Shown: positions 58,766-64,000 of the stretch, in pieces
Layout of the letters: each line of letters opens with the position of its first letter
How positions within the stretch are numbered: the first letter of the stretch is position 1
Source: a bacterium
GTDB taxonomy: Bacteria > Electryoneota > Electryoneia > Electryoneales > Electryoneaceae
Length of the DNA stretch: 64,000 bases
Assembly: GCA_963675295.2 (NCBI GenBank)
Contig: CAXXKJ010000002.1
Span: forward strand, 192,001 to 256,000
Direction of reading: 5' to 3'
Made by a program: the position numbers and the translations under genes
Notes under the pieces: model-generated
What the model was told of the DNA's origin: nothing
Databases searched by the model: none
The model's input: only the letters and a program-made list of their open reading frames with translations

Positions 58766-60481
58766 ATGAAGCGTATCATCTTAAGTGTGGCGTTGCTCGT
58801 CTGCCTGAGCGGAATTCCGCAGGCGTGGGCGGGCTGGAGTGAGATCACCATCGGAACCACGGCGAACCTGACGCACGTCAGCTACCCCACCGCGACGGAC
58901 GCGTGGGCCTGTGACGACACGGGCGGCATCTGGCACACCGCGGATGGTGGTTGGACATGGACACAGCAAGCCGATTTTCCGGGCAATACGTTGACCAGCA
59001 TCGAGTTCGCGAACGATCAGTTCGGTACGGCGTGCAGCCGTGAAGGGCGAATCTTCGCGACGACGGATGGTGGCACGACCTGGACCCAGGTGCTGGACGG
59101 CGCGGATCAGCTGTACGAGGACGTGCACACCGTACCCGGAAGCCTGACCTCGTATGTCGGCGGGCAGGCGTCCAACGATATGGCGACGTTGCGGTTCACC
59201 ACGGACGGCTGGGCGACCCATTCCGCCGTCACGTTTCACGTGCTGCACGGCATCGACGCGCACCTCGGCAAGGTCTGGGTGGTTGAAAATCCGGCGCCCG
59301 GAACGCTGGTCGTCAACACGGAATGCACCGAGGACGGCACCTTCGGCAGCCAGACGTCGGACGATGGCGGCTTCACCTGGCAGGTGAATATCGTCGGCTC
59401 GCCACGCTACAACGATCTCGATTTCTACGACGATGTGTACGGCCTGATTGTGCAGGATGATGGCAATCTGTTCTGGACGATTTTCGGCCACTACATCTAC
59501 GGGTTCCAGTGGGCGACCGAGGGCAAGCCCTACGCGCCGGACGGTCCGGGATTGAACGGTGTATCGTGGGGGAATGCGGACAACGCGTGGGTCGCGGGTG
59601 ACTTTGGCACGATTGCTCATTCGGACGGCGGCGGCGCCTACAACACGTGGGACTACGAAGCCAGCCACTCGTTGCACAACCTGAACGATGTGGACATGGT
59701 TGATGAAACCACGGGAATCATTGTCGGGAATCGCGGCCGGGTATTTGTCTACGAAACCGCTTCCGATCCGGCGACACTGACCTTGACGCCGTACGGCGGT
59801 TTCGACACAATTCCGGCCGAGGGAGGAACGTTACAGTTTGACGCAACCTTTGCCAGCACCCTCGGCAGCACCATTCCCGGCCTGCGCTTCTGGACCACGA
59901 TCACCAGCAGCAGTGATCAGGTTTACGGCCCGCTGTTCAGCCAGAATTTTACTCACACGCCGTTCATGAACGTCACCGTGACCAATTTGACGCAGGACGT
60001 TCCCGGCACCGCGCCAGCAGGGATCTACATCCTTAAGGGGCATGTGGGCTTCTATCCGAATCCGGCGGTCACCGGCAGTTTCGTGTTCGAAAAGCTGGCG
60101 GCGTCGAGCACGGAGGGTGTGGCATCCGAAACCGAACCGAATTCCGTAGATGATTGGGCCGCAGGTGGGACCTTCCTCGCAGGTGAACCGGTGGAAGCGG
60201 ATGACGCTCAGCCGGCTGACTATGCCTTGAGCGCGGCGTATCCGAACCCGTTCAACCCTAGCACGGCGCTGACGGTTAGCCTGCCGGACGCCGGTCAATT
60301 GACGGTGCAGGTGTTCGACATTCAGGGCCGCCTGGTTGCAACCCTGGCGCAGGGTCAGCACGCCGCCGGGCAGCACCTGCTGACCTTCGACGCGTCCGGC
60401 CTCGCCAGCGGGATTTATTTCGTCCATGCCGAGGTATCGGGCCGGATGAACGCGATCCGCAAACTGACGCTGCTGAAGTAG
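58766..60481 (+). CDS. YCF48/BNR-repeat beta-propeller protein + shared Ig-like domain + T9SS CTD
   Basis: T.DGG.TW Asp-box repeats; AYPNPFNP...KLTLLK. Confidence 0.88.
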   Translation: MKRIILSVALLVCLSGIPQAWAGWSEITIGTTANLTHVSYPTATDAWACDDTGGIWHTADGGWTWTQQADFPGNTLTSIEFANDQFGTACSREGRIFATTDGGTTWTQVLDGADQLYEDVHTVPGSLTSYVGGQASNDMATLRFTTDGWATHSAVTFHVLHGIDAHLGKVWVVENPAPGTLVVNTECTEDGTFGSQTSDDGGFTWQVNIVGSPRYNDLDFYDDVYGLIVQDDGNLFWTIFGHYIYGFQWATEGKPYAPDGPGLNGVSWGNADNAWVAGDFGTIAHSDGGGAYNTWDYEASHSLHNLNDVDMVDETTGIIVGNRGRVFVYETASDPATLTLTPYGGFDTIPAEGGTLQFDATFASTLGSTIPGLRFWTTITSSSDQVYGPLFSQNFTHTPFMNVTVTNLTQDVPGTAPAGIYILKGHVGFYPNPAVTGSFVFEKLAASSTEGVASETEPNSVDDWAAGGTFLAGEPVEADDAQPADYALSAAYPNPFNPSTALTVSLPDAGQLTVQVFDIQGRLVATLAQGQHAAGQHLLTFDASGLASGIYFVHAEVSGRMNAIRKLTLLK

Positions 60482-60505
60482 TCAAGCGTTCATGGTCAAT
60501 CAAGA

Positions 60506-60540
60506 AGGGGACGCCCACGAATACATGGCGTCCCCTCTTT
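60506..60540. terminator. bidirectional terminator
   Basis: AGGGGACGCC...GGCGTCCCCT flanked by A/T runs between convergent genes. Confidence 0.65.
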
Positions 60541-60568
60541 GCTCCGTCTGCCGAAGTTGATCTCGCCG

Positions 60569-63292
60569 CTATTCATTTTCCTCAACAACGTCCGCGTCAA
60601 CGGTGATCACTTCCTGTTCGCCGTCGGACGTACCTGCCCTGTTCGCCGAACCGGCAAGAGCCTCCTCGTCCATCACTTCCTGCGCCGGGTTGGTCCACGA
60701 CACGTCCAGCTTGCCATCAACCAGATCGATGGTCAGGTCGGCGCCGTCACGGACATCCCCGGCGATCATCGCGCGGCCGAGCTTCGTTTCCAGTTCGTGC
60801 TGGACAAAGCGTTTCAGCGGACGCGCGCCGTACACCGGATCATACCCTTCCCGCGCAACGAATGCCGCTGCCTGGTCAGTCAGGGTCAGGCTCATCCGAC
60901 GGGGCGCCAGCCGTCTGCGCAGATCCTCGACCAGCAGGTAGACGATGCCCTTGATTTCGTCGAGGGTCAGCGTCTTGAACAATACGATATCGTCCAGGCG
61001 GTTGAGGAATTCCGGCCGCATCGCGGCGCGCAGCTCCCGCATCACCGCCGTGCGGGCGTGTTCGGTGATCTGGCCGTCCGCGTCGAGGCCTTCCAGCAGG
61101 TGCGTCGAGCCGATGTTTGAGGTCAGGATCAGCACCGTGTTCTTGAAATTGACCGTGTGCCCCTGGCTGTCGGTGATCCGACCGTCGTCGAGGATTTGCA
61201 GCAGGATGTTGAACGCGTCCGGGTGCGCCTTTTCGATCTCGTCAAAAAGGACCACCGAGTACGGTTTCCGCCGGATGGCCTCGGTCAATTGGCCGCCTTC
61301 CTCGTAGCCGACGTATCCCGGGGGGGCACCAACGAGCCGCGACACCGCGTGCTTCTCCATGTATTCCGACATGTCGATGCGAACGAGATTCTCTTCCGTG
61401 TCGAACAGGGTTTCGGCCAATGTTTTCGCCAGCTCGGTCTTGCCGACACCGGTCGGACCGAGGAACAGGAAGCTGCCGATCGGACGACGCGGGTCCTTGA
61501 TTCCGGCGCGTGCGCGGATGACTGCGTCCGCGACCAGCTTGACCGCTTCGTTCTGACCAATTACGCGTTCGTGCAGGACTTCGTCCAGTTTGAGCAGCTT
61601 TTCGCGCTCGCCCTCCATCAGACGTGTGACCGGAATCCCGGTCCAGCGGCTGATGATCTCGGCGATTTCCTCTTCGGTTACCTCTTCACGCAACAGGCTG
61701 GCGTCGGTGCGTTTATGCTGCGCTTCCTCGGCCTGCTGCAACGCTTTCTGCAGCGCTGGCAGCTTGCCATGCTGCAGCTCGGCGGCCTTGTTCAAATCGT
61801 AGTCACGCTGCGCTTTTTCGATCTGCAGACGCACGGTGTCGATTTCTTCGCGAAGTTGCTTCGCCTGGTCAATCGACGATTTCTCCTGCTCCCACTGCTC
61901 CCGCATCGCGCTCATCCGTTCCCGGATGTCCGCCAGCTCCTTGCGCAGCTCGCTTAGCCGTGTCTTGCTGGCCTCGTCCTTTTCCTTCTTCAACGCCGCT
62001 TCTTCGATCTGCAGCTGCATTTCACGGCGTGTGAGATCGTCCAACTCGGCCGGCATCGAGTCGATTTCGGTGCGGATCATCGCGGACGCTTCGTCCACCA
62101 GGTCAATCGCCTTGTCCGGCAGGAAACGGTCGCTGATATAGCGGTCGGACAGCATCGCCGCCGCGACCAGCGCGTTGTCCTGGATGCGGATGCCGTGGTG
62201 AACCTCGAACCGTTCCCGCAGCCCACGCAGGATGGAGATGGTGTCTTCCACGTTCGGCGCATCGATTTGCACCGGCTGGAACCGGCGTTCGAGCGCTTTG
62301 TCCTTCTCGAGGTGCTTGCGGTATTCGTCCAATGTTGTCGCGCCGATACAATGCAGTTCACCGCGCGCGAGCATCGGCTTCAACATGTTGCCAGCGTCCA
62401 TCGATCCTTCCGCCTTGCCCGCGCCGACGATTGTGTGCAGCTCGTCGATGAACAGCAGGATGCGGCCGTCGCTCTCCTTGATTTCCTTGAGCACGGCTTT
62501 CAGGCGCTCCTCGAATTCGCCACGGAATTTCGCCCCGGCGACCAGCGAGCCGAGGTCAAGGCTGAAGATGGTCTTGTCCTTTAACGATTCCGGCACATCG
62601 CCGCGCACGATTCGTTGCGCCAACCCTTCGATGATCGCGGTTTTGCCGACACCGGGCTCACCGATCAACACCGGATTGTTCTTCGTTTTGCGGGACAGGA
62701 TTCGGATCGCGCGGCGGATTTCGCTGTCGCGTCCGATCACCGGATCGAGTTTGCCGCTGCGGGCCTCCTCAACCAGGTCGCGGCCGTAGCGTGCGAGCGC
62801 TTCGTACGTTTCTTCCGGATTGTTCGACTGCACCCGCTGGTTGCCGCGCACGGCGGTCATCGCACCGAGCACCCGATCACGGGTGACATTGAACTTGCGC
62901 AGCGTTTCGCCCAACGGAACGTTCGCGGCTTCTTCGACGATCGCCAGCAGGATGTGTTCGACGCTGACATACTCGTCCTTCAACGCCTGCGCTTCGTCCT
63001 GGGCGCGCACCAGCGCGCGCTGCACATGCTGCGTCACCATGATCTGGTTGCCGGTAGCGCCGGGGCCGGTCTGGCGCGCTCTCTTCGCAAGCAGGCCTTC
63101 GAGGGCACGGGTGAACGCGTCCACCGGGATGTCCATCCGTTCGATCAGACGACGGGTCAGGCCCTGTTCCTGCTGCAACATTGCGATCAGCAGGTGGTCG
63201 AGGTCTACGTCCACATGCCCGTGTTTGATCGCCAACGCCTGCGCGGCGGCGATCGCTTCCTGGGATTTCTGTGTGTATTTGTTTAGATCCAT
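60569..63292 (-). CDS. clpB: ATP-dependent chaperone ClpB
   Basis: [18 protein letters not shown], coiled-coil middle domain, [27 protein letters not shown]; GGAG RBS before ATG 63292. Confidence 0.97.
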   Translation of the reverse strand: MDLNKYTQKSQEAIAAAQALAIKHGHVDVDLDHLLIAMLQQEQGLTRRLIERMDIPVDAFTRALEGLLAKRARQTGPGATGNQIMVTQHVQRALVRAQDEAQALKDEYVSVEHILLAIVEEAANVPLGETLRKFNVTRDRVLGAMTAVRGNQRVQSNNPEETYEALARYGRDLVEEARSGKLDPVIGRDSEIRRAIRILSRKTKNNPVLIGEPGVGKTAIIEGLAQRIVRGDVPESLKDKTIFSLDLGSLVAGAKFRGEFEERLKAVLKEIKESDGRILLFIDELHTIVGAGKAEGSMDAGNMLKPMLARGELHCIGATTLDEYRKHLEKDKALERRFQPVQIDAPNVEDTISILRGLRERFEVHHGIRIQDNALVAAAMLSDRYISDRFLPDKAIDLVDEASAMIRTEIDSMPAELDDLTRREMQLQIEEAALKKEKDEASKTRLSELRKELADIRERMSAMREQWEQEKSSIDQAKQLREEIDTVRLQIEKAQRDYDLNKAAELQHGKLPALQKALQQAEEAQHKRTDASLLREEVTEEEIAEIISRWTGIPVTRLMEGEREKLLKLDEVLHERVIGQNEAVKLVADAVIRARAGIKDPRRPIGSFLFLGPTGVGKTELAKTLAETLFDTEENLVRIDMSEYMEKHAVSRLVGAPPGYVGYEEGGQLTEAIRRKPYSVVLFDEIEKAHPDAFNILLQILDDGRITDSQGHTVNFKNTVLILTSNIGSTHLLEGLDADGQITEHARTAVMRELRAAMRPEFLNRLDDIVLFKTLTLDEIKGIVYLLVEDLRRRLAPRRMSLTLTDQAAAFVAREGYDPVYGARPLKRFVQHELETKLGRAMIAGDVRDGADLTIDLVDGKLDVSWTNPAQEVMDEEALAGSANRAGTSDGEQEVITVDADVVEENE

Positions 63293-63332
63293 CGTGTATC
63301 TCCAAAACGGGTTGTTTTCCATGGAGATGGAG

Positions 63333-63347
63333 TCAAAGAGCGTGCCA
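63333..63347 (-). promoter_or_regulatory. sigma54-like promoter upstream of clpB
   Basis: Minus strand TGGCAC-GCTCT-TTGA (GA instead of GC at -12), about 40 bp before the ATG. Confidence 0.45.
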
Positions 63348-63945
63348 GAAGCAAGGTAGGCCGGAATTTACGTGCTGTGGTGCGGAGTTTGGCGCTTATT
63401 GCAGGAATCTGAGAAGTCCAAAGGTTTCCGGCACCGCCAGTTCGGCGCGACCACCCTGCCATCCCGGCAGAGATGATTAGCAAGGGTCGTGCGTGACCGC
63501 CCGAGCAGCAGCTTCCTGATCCCAGCAAACAATCCGATGTCAATTTCCAGGAATGAGCTCTCTGTGTAACTTCGCTGTATTCGGGTGAACGTGAATCAAT
63601 GACTATGGTGGAAATCAAGACGTGGTGAACAAACAGTGAAAAAAATCGATGGGGCTCCACACCTCGATGGTACAGCGATAGACGCAGAGTATCGCTATCT
63701 CAAGCTAACAGAAGCTGTTGCCGTGACAAAATTCACTCTCTTTGTGATCTGTTCAAACGCTCGGACGAGCCCTCCAATTCGAGCATTCTTGTGAATTGAA
63801 TGATATATTGATCCAAGGAGTATGCCACAGCATCAAGACGTTTTTTCCTGTACGGAATGTTGCTGCATCTTGCACCCCCCACCGCTTGATCGGACACACT
63901 CCCAACTTTGCACTGCTAACCGTGTTTCCAACTGGAGAGTACAAC

Positions 63946-64000
63946 ATGATTCTGAAGATTGACGGGGAATTCGGCAAGATACCCGTCGCACTGACCGTTG
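63946..64000 (+). CDS. possible start of an unknown gene running off the window (MILKIDGEFGKIPVALTV...)
   Basis: GGAG about 8 nt upstream of the ATG; frame open to the window end. Confidence 0.3.
   Translation, partial: MILKIDGEFGKIPVALTV

Noticed and set aside
63822-63962. 46-aa Cys-rich small ORF
   Set aside because: The AAGGAG lies only 1 nt from the ATG, no family motif is evident, and it overlaps a better-placed start at 63946.

Overview
GC-rich bacterial chromosomal window, probably from an FCB-superphylum organism. This is an inference from nine secreted proteins ending in a PNPFN-type T9SS/Por C-terminal sorting domain. Housekeeping and envelope genes include an NtrC-type activator, a WcaJ-like sugar transferase, an MsbA-like exporter, two GT4 glycosyltransferases, an MlaEFD plus PqiC-like operon, an MBOAT/SGNH O-acetylation pair, gyrA-rex, YigZ, a CorC/HlyC protein, a SPOR protein, PepF, an AlkD-like protein and clpB. 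These are interspersed with a family of modular secreted proteins: a variable N-terminal payload, a shared ~95-aa Ig-like domain, and usually a T9SS CTD. One complete IS1182-family element duplicated a 29-bp terminator hairpin on insertion. The best leads are: (i) a membrane-anchored one-component sigma54 activator followed immediately by a consensus -24/-12 promoter and a structured, apparently non-coding region (candidate sRNA); (ii) the modular secreted-protein family, with signs of payload swapping, CTD gene conversion and homopolymer phase variation, including a T9 frameshift in a signal peptide; (iii) dispersed palindromic elements, one inserted in frame in the MBOAT gene; (iv) a head-to-head junction of a 5'-truncated aac(6')-like gene and a 5'-truncated ABC permease. 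No rRNA, tRNA, CRISPR array or reverse transcriptase was recognised. All calls were made by eye from motifs; no database searches were run.
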